A stretch of DNA of 64,000 nt from an uncultured Bacteroides sp. (GCA_949289345.1 CASENS010000035.1:5803-69802), one strand, 5' to 3'; shown: positions 38,939 through 47,958, numbered from the stretch's first letter. Notes: generated by a model from the letters alone, not told the origin. Numbers and translations: made by a program.

Positions 38939-39428
38939 TCCCCTCCAACAGGCCTGCATCCGCCAGCAGTTTCTCCACAAACTCCCGGAAAGCCCCATAG
39001 CCTCCGTGTGCTGTGGTGACATAATCCACTTCGCGCTTCACATAATCGGGCGTATTGACGGGCGAAGCGCTGAGACCGACCCGACGCAGCAAGGGCAAGT
39101 CGTTGAGGTCATCGCCGATAAAAGCCACCTCGTCCAAACCGATGCCCAGTTCCGCACATAAGGCTTCGGCCTGCGCCACTTTGTCCTTCACGCCCAGAAA
39201 GTAATAATCCACTTTCAATTTCTCCGCACGGCGCTGCACAATAGGCGTGTTCTCCCCCGTCATAATGGCTACGGGTATGCCCGCCCGACGCAGGAAAATA
39301 ACTCCCCAACCGTCTTTTACGGAAAAACGCTTCATCACATCACCTTCGGCAGTGTAATACATACCGCCATCGGTCCACACACCGTCTATATCGGTGATAA
39401 CCAATTTTATAGATTTACTATTCAGCAT
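38910..39428 (-). CDS. KdsC-type HAD phosphatase (KDO-8-P / nonulosonate-9-P phosphatase family)
   Basis: The track ORF runs to 39803. The ATG at 39428 (CAT 39426-39428) gives MLNSKSIKLVITDIDGVWTDGGMYY, with the DxDGVxTDG motif, and later VAFIGDDLNDLPLL. 172 aa, the typical KdsC size. Confidence 0.88.
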   Translation of the reverse strand: MLNSKSIKLVITDIDGVWTDGGMYYTAEGDVMKRFSVKDGWGVIFLRRAGIPVAIMTGENTPIVQRRAEKLKVDYYFLGVKDKVAQAEALCAELGIGLDEVAFIGDDLNDLPLLRRVGLSASPVNTPDYVKREVDYVTTAHGGYGAFREFVEKLLADAGLLEGIIKECLAKG

Positions 39429-39450
39429 ATACCATTTACAATTATCTGTT

Positions 39451-40248
39451 CTAAACCAATGCTCCGGTCCTGCCACGCCTACCGTCCCAATAACCTTTCC
39501 AAAGCGCTTCCAGCTTAGCCATTTTCTGCCGTTCATAAAGCAGCACAAAGACAATGCGTTTCCATAAATGATAACGCAGATGTGCTTTGAGATTAAGATA
39601 ATCAGGATAAACCCGGTGAAGGATGATGCCGTTGCGTACATTATAATAAGTACGGGCAGGAGGGTATTCATTGGGAAAGACTTCACGCCCCAACAGACGA
39701 TGCTTCTTCTTCTGATACCCAAACTCATGTTGCAGCAAGATGTTGCGGAAACATAACGTGGGAATGCCTTGCCGTGCGGCCCGCCAGCAGAACTCACAGT
39801 CAATGCCCCAAACGAACAAGTCTTCCCGAAACATGCCTAACCGTTCAAACAGTTCCAACGGATAAATGCTGGCTGAAGTCATGGCTGAAGCCACTTGAAC
39901 AGCCGACGCCTCTTCCGGATAAAGCGTGGTGTGCTGTGAGCGCAGGTAATAATTGGTTGAGAAAATGGCAGTCCGCCCTTGATGCCCCTTCGCCCACTCT
40001 TCCACCTTCGCCCGATAACGAGCCATTTCACCGGGCAGGAAACAACTGTCCTGATCCATAGTCATTAAGTGAGTACAGCCATTGGTACGGGCAAATCGGA
40101 TACCTTCGTTCAGCGCGGCACCGATACCCATGTTACGGGGCGTATTGTCCCATCGCAGGATACAATCCACCTGCGGCAGATAGGTTTGAATATTCGCTTC
40201 CACCTCCTCCGACGGATGGTAGAGTACAACAACGCAAGCTAATTTCAT
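39451..40248 (-). CDS. GT2-family glycosyltransferase (rhamnosyltransferase-like)
   Basis: 265 aa. ACVVVLYHPSEE...NMGIGAALNEGIRFA...HLMTMDQDS. It overlaps the upstream NeuB-like stop by 4 nt. Confidence 0.8.
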   Translation of the reverse strand: MKLACVVVLYHPSEEVEANIQTYLPQVDCILRWDNTPRNMGIGAALNEGIRFARTNGCTHLMTMDQDSCFLPGEMARYRAKVEEWAKGHQGRTAIFSTNYYLRSQHTTLYPEEASAVQVASAMTSASIYPLELFERLGMFREDLFVWGIDCEFCWRAARQGIPTLCFRNILLQHEFGYQKKKHRLLGREVFPNEYPPARTYYNVRNGIILHRVYPDYLNLKAHLRYHLWKRIVFVLLYERQKMAKLEALWKGYWDGRRGRTGALV

Positions 40249-41285
40249 TGCAGATCTTCGGAATAAATCAACTCATTGCGGGGAATGAAATTTTTCACCA
40301 TGCGCCCGACCACTTGAGCACGGTCAGCCCACTTGTAACCGTCACCGGGACTTAGCAAGTGCAGGTCTTCTTCGCGGACGATATCACCCGGATGCAGGTC
40401 ACGGCGGGTAGCGACAGAACGCTCTAACTTCACGCGGGCTGCAGCTACGGCAGGCTCGATGTACAGTTCCTCACGCCCCAGCCAGCGTTCGGCCAGGCGG
40501 ATGTCGCGTATCATACGGTTCACCCCGTCAGGACCTAATGAACCTTGCTGGTCAGTGCCTTTCATACGGCGGTCGATAGTGATATGTTTCTCCACAATTT
40601 CGGCACCCAAAGCCACGGCTGCCACCGGAGCCGCAATGCCGATAGTATGGTCCGAGAAACCGATGGTGTACTGTCCATAATGGTGTTTCAGGTAGCTGAT
40701 GGTGAGCAAGTTGAGGTTGTCCGGCGCAGTGGGGTACTGGGATACGCAGTGCAGGATGGCTATCCGGTCGTGATGGCGGGTGATGACCTCCAGAGCGTCG
40801 TCCAGTTCCTTGCGGCCTGCCATGCCGGTGGAGAGAATGATAGGGATGCGTGTCTCCGCCATTGCCTCCAGCAGGGGCAAGTTGGTGAGGTCGCGGCTGG
40901 CCACCTTCAAGCGGTCGGGAATGAAGAGCTTCAGCAACGAGAGGCAACCGGGTGAACAGAGTGTCTCCACGAAGTCCAGCCCCAAGGATTTGGCATGGCG
41001 GTAAACTTCGAAATGTTCCTCGTCCGTCAGTTCCAGCTTCGCACGATGTTCACCATAGGTGCGTCCAAAGGAATTGGGCGAGTCGTAGGGACGGTTCATC
41101 TGCGAGTCCGTCAGTTCTTCGCCAAGGTCGCGTTTGGTCATTTTCACGGCATCCATCGGCCGAAGGTCCAAGTTAAAAGCCTCTTCATGCACCGGACGTG
41201 ACACCAAATCCACAATCAGCTTAGCCAAATCGACAGACCCATTGTGATTCTGCCCTATTTCTCCTATAATATATGTATGGTTCAT
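40245..41285 (-). CDS. neuB: NeuB-family nonulosonic-acid (sialic acid / KDN-9-P type) synthase with C-terminal SAF domain
   Basis: 346 aa. YIIGEIGQNHNGSVDLAKLIV, KVASRDLTNLPLLEAMAETRIPIILSTGM, ILHCVSQYPT, and a C-terminal SAF-like segment VATRRDLHPGDIVREEDLHLLSPGDG. Confidence 0.88.
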   Translation of the reverse strand: MNHTYIIGEIGQNHNGSVDLAKLIVDLVSRPVHEEAFNLDLRPMDAVKMTKRDLGEELTDSQMNRPYDSPNSFGRTYGEHRAKLELTDEEHFEVYRHAKSLGLDFVETLCSPGCLSLLKLFIPDRLKVASRDLTNLPLLEAMAETRIPIILSTGMAGRKELDDALEVITRHHDRIAILHCVSQYPTAPDNLNLLTISYLKHHYGQYTIGFSDHTIGIAAPVAAVALGAEIVEKHITIDRRMKGTDQQGSLGPDGVNRMIRDIRLAERWLGREELYIEPAVAAARVKLERSVATRRDLHPGDIVREEDLHLLSPGDGYKWADRAQVVGRMVKNFIPRNELIYSEDLQ

Positions 41286-41301
41286 TGTATAAATGGGAAT
41301 T

Positions 41302-41405
41302 TAGCAGCCCCTCCCCATCCCTCCCCCGAAGGGAGGGGGGTCAGAGCATTCAGCTTATATATTCGAGCGAGCCACCTTCCCTTCGGGGGGAGGAGGAAGG
41401 GGCTA
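41302..41405. mobile_element. MITE/REP-like GC-rich hairpin element, copy 2 (same orientation as copy 1)
   Basis: By my hand alignment, 41290-41362 matches 36344-36416 at 64 of 73 positions without gaps. The right part caccttcccttcggggggagg matches cacctccccttcggggggagg in copy 1. The element occupies essentially the whole 125-bp gap between the cytidylyltransferase stop (41411) and the NeuB-like start (41285). Confidence 0.7.
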
Positions 41406-41410
41406 AATCA

Positions 41411-42160
41411 TCATTTCTCATTCCTCTTGATATTCTCCTTCATCCTCGCCAGATATTCCGGACGGGCGTCTACTGTCTGCAGCAACGCCGGAAGGCTACG
41501 GTCGGTTCCTTCGTACCAGTCAGCATAGAGGTTACTCAAGAGCATGAAATCGTCCGATGTGTCGAGCGTAAAGCGCAAGTCCTGCCTGTGTTCCAGTTCC
41601 GCAGGCAAGGGAAGCAGCTCAACGCTGAAAGTTTCCGGATGGGTGTACAGATAGATAGTGACATGCTCGTGGTAGAGTCGTTCACCGGTAAGCGAAGCCG
41701 CACGGCGCAAGGCATCCAGTGTAGTCAATTCGGCGAAGAGTCCGATATGAGACTTAATGGTAGGCCGGCCATCGGGCCACCCGAAAGCCACATAGTCAGC
41801 CGGCCGCTTGTCGTGCGTTTCGAAGAGCCTCCGGAAAGTATCCGCCCTCAAGAAAGGATTGTCCGAGCATACCCGTATCAGACGGTCTATCCCAAAATAC
41901 TCCGCCGCTCCGATAAAACGTCCCAGCACATCATCCTCGCTTCCCCGATAACAGGCTATACCGGACTGTTGCGCCATTTCCGCCAGCGCGTCATCCTGGC
42001 TACGTGTCGTAGTGGCCAGAACAATACACATACCGGGACAAGCCGCACGTATACTTTCTATCTGGATATCGACAATACGCTTCTTTCCGTAGAAAGGCAA
42101 CAATATCTTGCCCGGAAGACGGGTGGAACCGGTACGTGCCTGGATAATGATGCCGTCCAT
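41411..42160 (-). CDS. SpsF/FlmC-like cytidylyltransferase-family protein
   Basis: 249 aa. The N-terminus MDGIIIQARTGSTRLPGKILLPF and later RGSEDDVLGRF...RVCSDNPF fit the acylneuraminate-cytidylyltransferase-fold SpsF subgroup. Confidence 0.75.
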   Translation of the reverse strand: MDGIIIQARTGSTRLPGKILLPFYGKKRIVDIQIESIRAACPGMCIVLATTTRSQDDALAEMAQQSGIACYRGSEDDVLGRFIGAAEYFGIDRLIRVCSDNPFLRADTFRRLFETHDKRPADYVAFGWPDGRPTIKSHIGLFAELTTLDALRRAASLTGERLYHEHVTIYLYTHPETFSVELLPLPAELEHRQDLRFTLDTSDDFMLLSNLYADWYEGTDRSLPALLQTVDARPEYLARMKENIKRNEK

Positions 42161-42163
42161 AGC

Positions 42164-43498
42164 TTACAGTTCCTTTCCGTTCACCTTCACGTTCTTAACC
42201 TTCACCCCCTCGATGCACTCCTGCAAATTGACACCCGCCTTCTCGGCACGGATATTCAGGCGCTCGAAAGTAAAGTCCGAAAGCTTATATTGGTCGTCGG
42301 CACGGTCGATGTTGAAAGCCGTCTGGCACTCGATGTCGATGTCGCGCATCGTGATGTGGCTGGAGTAAGAATAAGGAATGTCCTTGCGTCCTTTCAAGTC
42401 AAAAAACTGGGTCCAAGGCTTCACATACAGCAGATTGGTCACATTGCCCGTAATGCCTTCGACAGTGATGTATTCATAATTCTGCGGTGTATCCGGACGC
42501 ATCTTCAGCCACAAGAGCCGTTGTGCCTGGTCCACTTGTATGCGACGCAACAGGATGTTGTGGTTGTGAATGGATTCACTGCCGCAAGTCAGTGCGCTAT
42601 GACAGAAACCATATGTACAGTCCTCGATAATGACGTTGCGGTTGGCACCGTTGTTCACCGTGTCCTGGTCCGCCCACGGGCCTTTACCGCCCTTTAAGGC
42701 AATGGCGTCATCGTTCACGGAAATGTAGCAGTTCTTCACCAGCACGTTGGTGCATACATCAATGTCAATGGCGTCGCTACTGGGTGCCTTCACCGGAGCC
42801 TTAGGAGCAAAAATGTGCAAGTTCATCAATTTCACATCCCGGCAGCGGTAAAGGTGCGTGGTCCAGAACGGCGAGTTCATCAGACGCACACCGGTTATCT
42901 GCACGTCTTTGGAGTCGGCGATGTAGAGCAGACGCGGACGCAGTTCCTCCAGGTTGGTACATTTCGGATTTACCTGGCGACGAAGCCAGAAGGACTTCCA
43001 GTAACGCAAGCCGTTGCCGTTCACCGTCCCCTTACCGGTCAGCGTAAAGCCGTCCACACCGATGGCATTCACCAATGCGGCAAAATACTTCAGATTCTGT
43101 CCTTCCAGGCGTGTGTCTATCACGGCAAAGTTGCTGATATCATCGCTACCCTTCAACGTGCCATCCACCTGTAAGTGCGTGCCGGGCTTAAAGAAGAGCG
43201 AACCGCTGAGATATACTCCTCCGGCAGGAATGCGGACAACGCCACCGCCATTCTCCGCGGCCAAGTCTATCACCTTCTGTATCTCTTGTGTCTGCACCAC
43301 AGTGCTGTCATTCTTCACACCATACTGTGTGACGTCATACACCTTGCCCAATGTTTCCACACTTCTTACAGTGTAGTCCTTAAACCATGCCGGGACAGGT
43401 GTTCCATCAGGAAATACTTCCTGCGCGCAAAGTCCCGTCGGAACCATGCTTGCCGCCAACAACGCGAATCCCAGGCTCAATAGTCTGTGTTTCTTCAT
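42164..43498 (-). CDS. GH28-family / pectate-lyase-fold right-handed beta-helix glycosidase (secreted)
   Basis: 444 aa with a signal peptide. SSDAIDIDVCTNVLVKNCYISVNDDAIALKGG and NVIIEDCTYGFCHSALTCGSE correspond to the GH28 catalytic Asp cluster and the G-x-H-G-x-S-x-GS-like motif. Confidence 0.78.
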   Translation of the reverse strand: MKKHRLLSLGFALLAASMVPTGLCAQEVFPDGTPVPAWFKDYTVRSVETLGKVYDVTQYGVKNDSTVVQTQEIQKVIDLAAENGGGVVRIPAGGVYLSGSLFFKPGTHLQVDGTLKGSDDISNFAVIDTRLEGQNLKYFAALVNAIGVDGFTLTGKGTVNGNGLRYWKSFWLRRQVNPKCTNLEELRPRLLYIADSKDVQITGVRLMNSPFWTTHLYRCRDVKLMNLHIFAPKAPVKAPSSDAIDIDVCTNVLVKNCYISVNDDAIALKGGKGPWADQDTVNNGANRNVIIEDCTYGFCHSALTCGSESIHNHNILLRRIQVDQAQRLLWLKMRPDTPQNYEYITVEGITGNVTNLLYVKPWTQFFDLKGRKDIPYSYSSHITMRDIDIECQTAFNIDRADDQYKLSDFTFERLNIRAEKAGVNLQECIEGVKVKNVKVNGKEL

Positions 43499-43524
43499 AC
43501 TAACAACTTTATCAATTAAACAAA

Positions 43525-44523
43525 TTATAAATATTCAGTCCTTACATATATGCTGTACTCATGTCCAAAATGGCTTTCCCTCCTGCAAGGCTGATGGGAG
43601 GAAACTACAGGCGCCTCTACCCCTCCGCCTAAACGGACTGGAGCTTCTTCCACCCGTATTTCGTCCCACAGTTCCGCATCGAGGAAACTCTGCAACAACC
43701 TGGCTCCGCCTTCCACCAGCAGTGACTGCAGGCCACGGTTATATAAGTCCGTCAAAATGGCGTGAAGCTCACGCGTGTCATAGACCAGCGTCTGCTGACT
43801 GCCGTCGAACAGGTGCAATCCGCCTGGCAACCGGTGTTCACAATCAATGACCACACGTACGGGTTGTGGCCCCGCCCAGGCTCTTACGTCCAGTCGCGGG
43901 TTGTCCAGCCGTGCCGTGTCCGTACCTACCATGATGGCGGCATGCTCCGCCCGCAGCTTATGCGCCAGCATCTGCGTGCAGGCGTTGGAAAGCTTCGCGG
44001 GCGTTCCTCCTTCCACGCGACAGCCGTCGATGTAACCATCCGCGCTTCGCGCCCATTTCAAGGTGATGTAAGGGCGTTTGCGGATATGAAAAGTGACAAA
44101 ACGCTTTATCAAGTCCCGACATTCTTCCTCCAGCACGCCGACAACTACCTCGCGTCCTGCCTGCCTCAGTTTCTCAATGCCTCGTCCGTCCACTTTCGGG
44201 AAAGGGTCCTGACATCCGATGACAATCCGCCGGATGCCCTTTTCCACAATAAGGTCGGCGCAAGGCGGCGTCTTGCCATAGTGGGCACAAGGCTCTAAGC
44301 TGACATATATCATAGCCTCGGGCAACAGCTCCGGCCGACGTACAGAACGTATGGCATTCACCTCGGCGTGAGCCTGTCCGCACCGGACATGATAGCCTTC
44401 CCCGATGACGCGCCCTCCATGCACCACCACCGCTCCGACCATGGGATTGGGCGGCGCGCCACACAACCCGTTACGGGCCAGCTGAATGCAACGGCGCATG
44501 TATTTTTCATCTTCATTTTCCAT
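43525..44523 (-). CDS. ribD: Bifunctional riboflavin biosynthesis deaminase/reductase
   Basis: 332 aa. PNPMVGAVVV, the CMP/dCMP deaminase zinc motifs HAEVNAI and EPCAHYGKTPPCADLI, and a C-terminal RibD reductase domain. Confidence 0.93.
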   Translation of the reverse strand: MENEDEKYMRRCIQLARNGLCGAPPNPMVGAVVVHGGRVIGEGYHVRCGQAHAEVNAIRSVRRPELLPEAMIYVSLEPCAHYGKTPPCADLIVEKGIRRIVIGCQDPFPKVDGRGIEKLRQAGREVVVGVLEEECRDLIKRFVTFHIRKRPYITLKWARSADGYIDGCRVEGGTPAKLSNACTQMLAHKLRAEHAAIMVGTDTARLDNPRLDVRAWAGPQPVRVVIDCEHRLPGGLHLFDGSQQTLVYDTRELHAILTDLYNRGLQSLLVEGGARLLQSFLDAELWDEIRVEEAPVRLGGGVEAPVVSSHQPCRRESHFGHEYSIYVRTEYL

Positions 44524-44553
44524 CTTCCTATTTCGTATTTACGCTACATTGCT

Positions 44554-44561
44554 TATTTTTG
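44554..44561 (+). promoter_or_regulatory. -7 box (TAnnTTTG) for prmC
   Basis: TATTTTTG lies 39 nt upstream of the ATG at 44600. Confidence 0.45.
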
Positions 44562-44599
44562 CCTCCCGTTTGAGCGATAAACGCCCGGCATCCTAAACA

Positions 44600-45475
44600 A
44601 TGACGCACATGAACACACTTGTCTCCCCCACCCACATCCGCCAACGGCTGCAGGCTCATTACGAGCCCGGTGAAGCCACGTGGCTGACGCGCATCGTATG
44701 CAACGAAGTGCTGGGGCAGTCCATGACGGACTATTATTTGGGCAAAGATATAGTTTTATCCGCAAATAAAGAAACAGAACTGGAAAACATTCTTAACCGT
44801 TTGTGCCGATACGAGCCTATTCAGTACATACAAGGGAAAGCCCGCTTCCTGGGGCGTGACTTCCACGTGGCTCCCGGCGTGCTGATTCCACGGCCCGAAA
44901 CTGAAGAACTGGTCGAACGGATTGTGCGCGACACTCCGGCCGGAGCACATGTGCTGGACATAGGTTCGGGAAGTGGTTGCATATCCGTCTCATTAGCCTT
45001 GGCTATCCCTGGCGGAACCGTAACGGCCTGGGACATTTCAACGGAAGCCATCGACATAGCCCGCGGCAACGCCCAAGCCTTGGGCGCGGAGGTGCGTTTC
45101 GTGCCATGTGACGTGCTGGCGGTACAACCCGACGCGGACGAACGATATGACGTAATAGTCAGCAACCCTCCCTATGTGACCGAACGCGAACGGGACGATA
45201 TGGAGCCCAATGTCCTGGAGTGGGAACCCGCCTTGGCACTCTTTGTCCCCGACAATGACCCGCTGCGCTTCTATCGGCGCATCGCGGACTTAGGACACCA
45301 GTTGCTGGCACCGGGCGGGCGGCTCTATTTCGAGATTAACCAGGCGTATGGGAAAGCGATGACAGACATGCTGCACGGACAAGGTTACGCCCATGCGCGT
45401 GTCGAAAAGGACAGTTTCGGGAAGGACCGATTTGTAATATGCAGCCTGGGCAAAACAGGTTCCCATACTTTGTAA
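44600..45475 (+). CDS. prmC: Release-factor glutamine N5-methyltransferase
   Basis: 291 aa. SAM motif VLDIGSGSGCI and the NPPY motif (VSNPPYV). An alternative start is at 44609. Confidence 0.9.
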   Translation: MTHMNTLVSPTHIRQRLQAHYEPGEATWLTRIVCNEVLGQSMTDYYLGKDIVLSANKETELENILNRLCRYEPIQYIQGKARFLGRDFHVAPGVLIPRPETEELVERIVRDTPAGAHVLDIGSGSGCISVSLALAIPGGTVTAWDISTEAIDIARGNAQALGAEVRFVPCDVLAVQPDADERYDVIVSNPPYVTERERDDMEPNVLEWEPALALFVPDNDPLRFYRRIADLGHQLLAPGGRLYFEINQAYGKAMTDMLHGQGYAHARVEKDSFGKDRFVICSLGKTGSHTL

Positions 45476-45493
45476 ACAAAAAAGCATACATAC

Positions 45494-45550
45494 TTTTGCC
45501 CAAAATCATACGACCTTTTGGGACAAAACTAACTATCTTTTGACCCAAAA
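45494..45550. promoter_or_regulatory. Three phased palindromes TTTTG-N2-3-CAAAA, candidate operator array
   Basis: ttttgCCcaaaa at 45494-45505, ttttgGGAcaaaa at 45516-45528, ttttgACCcaaaa at 45538-45550. Start-to-start spacing is exactly 22 and 22 bp. Copies 1 and 3 share a longer unit, cttttgNcccaaaa(t)catacg. Confidence 0.45.
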
Positions 45551-45706
45551 CATACGGTGATTTCGGACGACTCATCCTGTGCAAAAATCATTCCAACCTA
45601 TGCCATCAGCCTCCAGACGCCAGGAAAAACAAAGGCAAAATTGGCCAGATCAAGCAGGGCACCGATGAAATAACAGAGAAACGCTTCTCATTTTGAATAA
45701 AAAGAG

Positions 45707-45714
45707 TATATTTG
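45707..45714 (+). promoter_or_regulatory. -7 box (TAnnTTTG) for the acyl-CoA synthetase gene
   Basis: TATATTTG lies 69 nt upstream of the ATG at 45783. Confidence 0.45.
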
Positions 45715-45782
45715 TGCAGAAATCAAGGAGCATGAGATAACTTAACATTTACCATGCACCTGTTTATAAAAATGGTACGACT

Positions 45783-47861
45783 ATGATAAACGAACAGCTT
45801 CTGCATCCGTCCAGCATTGTGGTAGTGGGTGCATCGAACAATGTCCACAAGCCCGGTGGCGCCATCTTGAAGAACCTGATAAGCGGCGGATACGCCGGCG
45901 AATTGCGTGCGGTGAACCCCAAGGAAACCGAAGTGCAGGGCGTGAAAGCCTATCCCGATGTACACGCCGTGCCCGATACGGACTTGGCGGTGCTGGCCAT
46001 TCCCGCCGCCCTGTGTCCCGATGCCGTAGAAACATTGGCCGCCGAGAAGAATGTCCGCGCATTCATCATCCTGTCTGCCGGATTTGGCGAGGAGACGCAC
46101 GAAGGAGCTTTGCTCGAAAACCGCATACTGGATACAGTCAACCGATACGGCGCCTCGCTCATCGGCCCCAATTGCATCGGTTTCATGAACGCTTGGCATC
46201 ACAGTGTGTTCAGCCAGCCCATTCCCCATCTGCACCCGCAAGGGGTAGACCTTATCTCCAGTTCCGGCGCTACGGCGGTATTCATCTTAGAGAGCGCCGT
46301 CACGAAAGGCTTGCCCTTCAACTCCGTATGGTCCGTGGGCAACGCCAAGCAAATAGGGGTGGAAGACGTGTTGCAATACATGGATGAGACGTTCGACCCG
46401 GAGCGTGACTCGCGCATCAAGTTGCTCTACATCGAAAGCATCGGCGACCCCGACCGCTTGTTGCTGCACGCCTCATCGCTCATCAAAAAAGGGTGCAAGA
46501 TAGCCGCCATCAAGAGCGGAAGCAGCGAAAGTGGAAGCCGGGCAGCCAGCTCGCACACAGGCGCCATCGCCAGCAGCGACTCGGCCGTAGAAGCCTTGTT
46601 CCGCAAGGCGGGTATCGTGCGGTGTTATTCGCGCGAAGAACTGACCACCGTAGGCTGCATCTTTACCCTGCCTCCCCTGAGAGGGCGCAACATAGCCATC
46701 GTGACCCATGCCGGCGGACCAGGCGTGATGCTGACCGACGCGCTGAGTAAAGGCGGACTGAACGTGCCACGCCTGAGCGGTCCTGTGGCGGAAGAACTGA
46801 AAAGCCAACTTTATCCAGGTGCCTCTACCGGTAACCCCATCGACATATTGGCCACGGGCACACCGGAACATCTGCGCCTCTGCTTGGCGTATTGCGAAGA
46901 GAAGTTTGAGGATATTGACGCTGTGATGGCCATCTTCGGCACGCCGGGCTTGGTCACCATGTTCGAGATGTACGATGTGCTTCACGAACAGATGCAGACG
47001 TGCCGCAAGCCCATTTTCCCCATCCTGCCCTCCATCAATACTGCCGGTGCCGAAGTGGCGGACTTCCTGAAGAAAGGCCACGTGAACTTTGCCGACGAAG
47101 TTACCTTGGGAACTATGCTGACACGCATCATGAATGTACCTCGTCCGGCGGCCAACGAAATCGAACTGTTCGGAGTAGACGTACCCCGCATCCGCCGCAT
47201 CATCGACTCCATTCCCGAAGACGGATACATTGCCCCCCACTATGTACAGGCATTGCTCCATTCGGCAGGCATCCCTGTAGTGGATGAGTTTGTATCCTCC
47301 AAGAAAGATGAAGTGCTGGCCTTTGCCAAGCGGACCGGTTTCCCGGTTGTGGCCAAGGTCGTAGGCCCGGTGCACAAGTCCGATGTAGGAGGTGTGGTGC
47401 TGAACATCAAGAGCGAGCAGCACTTAGCTTTGGAGTTCGACCGCATGATGCGGATTTCCCAAGCGACCGCCGTCATGGTGCAACCCATGTTGAAGGGAAC
47501 GGAATTATTCATCGGTGCCAAGTACGAGGAGCGTTTCGGCCATGTAGTGCTCTGTGGCCTGGGCGGTATTTTTGTGGAAGTGCTGAAAGACGTTTCGTCC
47601 GGTCTTGCTCCCCTGTCCTACGAAGAGGCCCACTCCATGATACGTTCCCTGCGTGCCTATAAAATCATCCAAGGCACCCGTGGGCAAAAAGGAGTGAACG
47701 AAGCCAAGTTTGCCGAAATCATTGTCCGCCTCTCCACGCTTTTGCGATTTGCCACGGAAATCAAGGAAATGGACATCAACCCGCTGCTTGCTACGGAAAA
47801 ACACGTCATAGCGGTGGACGCGCGCATACGGATAGAAAAAAGACAAGAGGCAACGGAATAA
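45783..47861 (+). CDS. ADP-forming acetyl/acyl-CoA synthetase (fused CoA-binding, ligase-CoA and ATP-grasp domains)
   Basis: 692 aa. The N-terminus PSSIVVVGASNNVHKPGG is the CoA-binding fold. It also has LIGPNCIGFMN, SHTGAIASSD and a C-terminal ATP-grasp segment (GFPVVAKVVGPVHKSDVGGVVLN). Confidence 0.85.
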   Translation: MINEQLLHPSSIVVVGASNNVHKPGGAILKNLISGGYAGELRAVNPKETEVQGVKAYPDVHAVPDTDLAVLAIPAALCPDAVETLAAEKNVRAFIILSAGFGEETHEGALLENRILDTVNRYGASLIGPNCIGFMNAWHHSVFSQPIPHLHPQGVDLISSSGATAVFILESAVTKGLPFNSVWSVGNAKQIGVEDVLQYMDETFDPERDSRIKLLYIESIGDPDRLLLHASSLIKKGCKIAAIKSGSSESGSRAASSHTGAIASSDSAVEALFRKAGIVRCYSREELTTVGCIFTLPPLRGRNIAIVTHAGGPGVMLTDALSKGGLNVPRLSGPVAEELKSQLYPGASTGNPIDILATGTPEHLRLCLAYCEEKFEDIDAVMAIFGTPGLVTMFEMYDVLHEQMQTCRKPIFPILPSINTAGAEVADFLKKGHVNFADEVTLGTMLTRIMNVPRPAANEIELFGVDVPRIRRIIDSIPEDGYIAPHYVQALLHSAGIPVVDEFVSSKKDEVLAFAKRTGFPVVAKVVGPVHKSDVGGVVLNIKSEQHLALEFDRMMRISQATAVMVQPMLKGTELFIGAKYEERFGHVVLCGLGGIFVEVLKDVSSGLAPLSYEEAHSMIRSLRAYKIIQGTRGQKGVNEAKFAEIIVRLSTLLRFATEIKEMDINPLLATEKHVIAVDARIRIEKRQEATE

Positions 47862-47919
47862 GAGACGATTGTTTCATTTATTGGGACGTTTTTTCTAGTG
47901 GCATGACGGCATTTTGTAC

Positions 47920-47927
47920 TATTTTTG
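47920..47927 (+). promoter_or_regulatory. -7 box (TAnnTTTG) for HTCS 2
   Basis: TATTTTTG lies 32 nt upstream of the ATG at 47959. Confidence 0.45.
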
Positions 47928-47958
47928 GGCGCAGAAAACAACATAACGAACACACGCC

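Noticed and set aside
39429-39803. Upstream extension of the KdsC-like ORF
   Set aside because: It overlaps the GT2 gene (39451..40248) in another frame. The phosphatase family motif DxDGVxTDG sits right after the ATG at 39428, and 172 aa is the normal size.
25549-41405. Possibility that the GC-rich palindromic repeats form a CRISPR array
   Set aside because: The copies are single and kilobases apart. There is no regular repeat-spacer periodicity and no cas genes.
41273-42697. 474-aa plus-strand ORF
   Set aside because: It is antisense to the cytidylyltransferase and GH28 genes and also runs through the repeat element. I recognise no domain features.
44524-44599. FMN riboswitch upstream of ribD
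   Set aside because: Only 76 bp is available, shared with the divergent prmC promoter. That is too short, and no conserved FMN-element segments are visible.
46473-47423. 316-aa minus-strand ORF
   Set aside because: It is antisense to the ADP-forming acyl-CoA synthetase, which has strong motif support.
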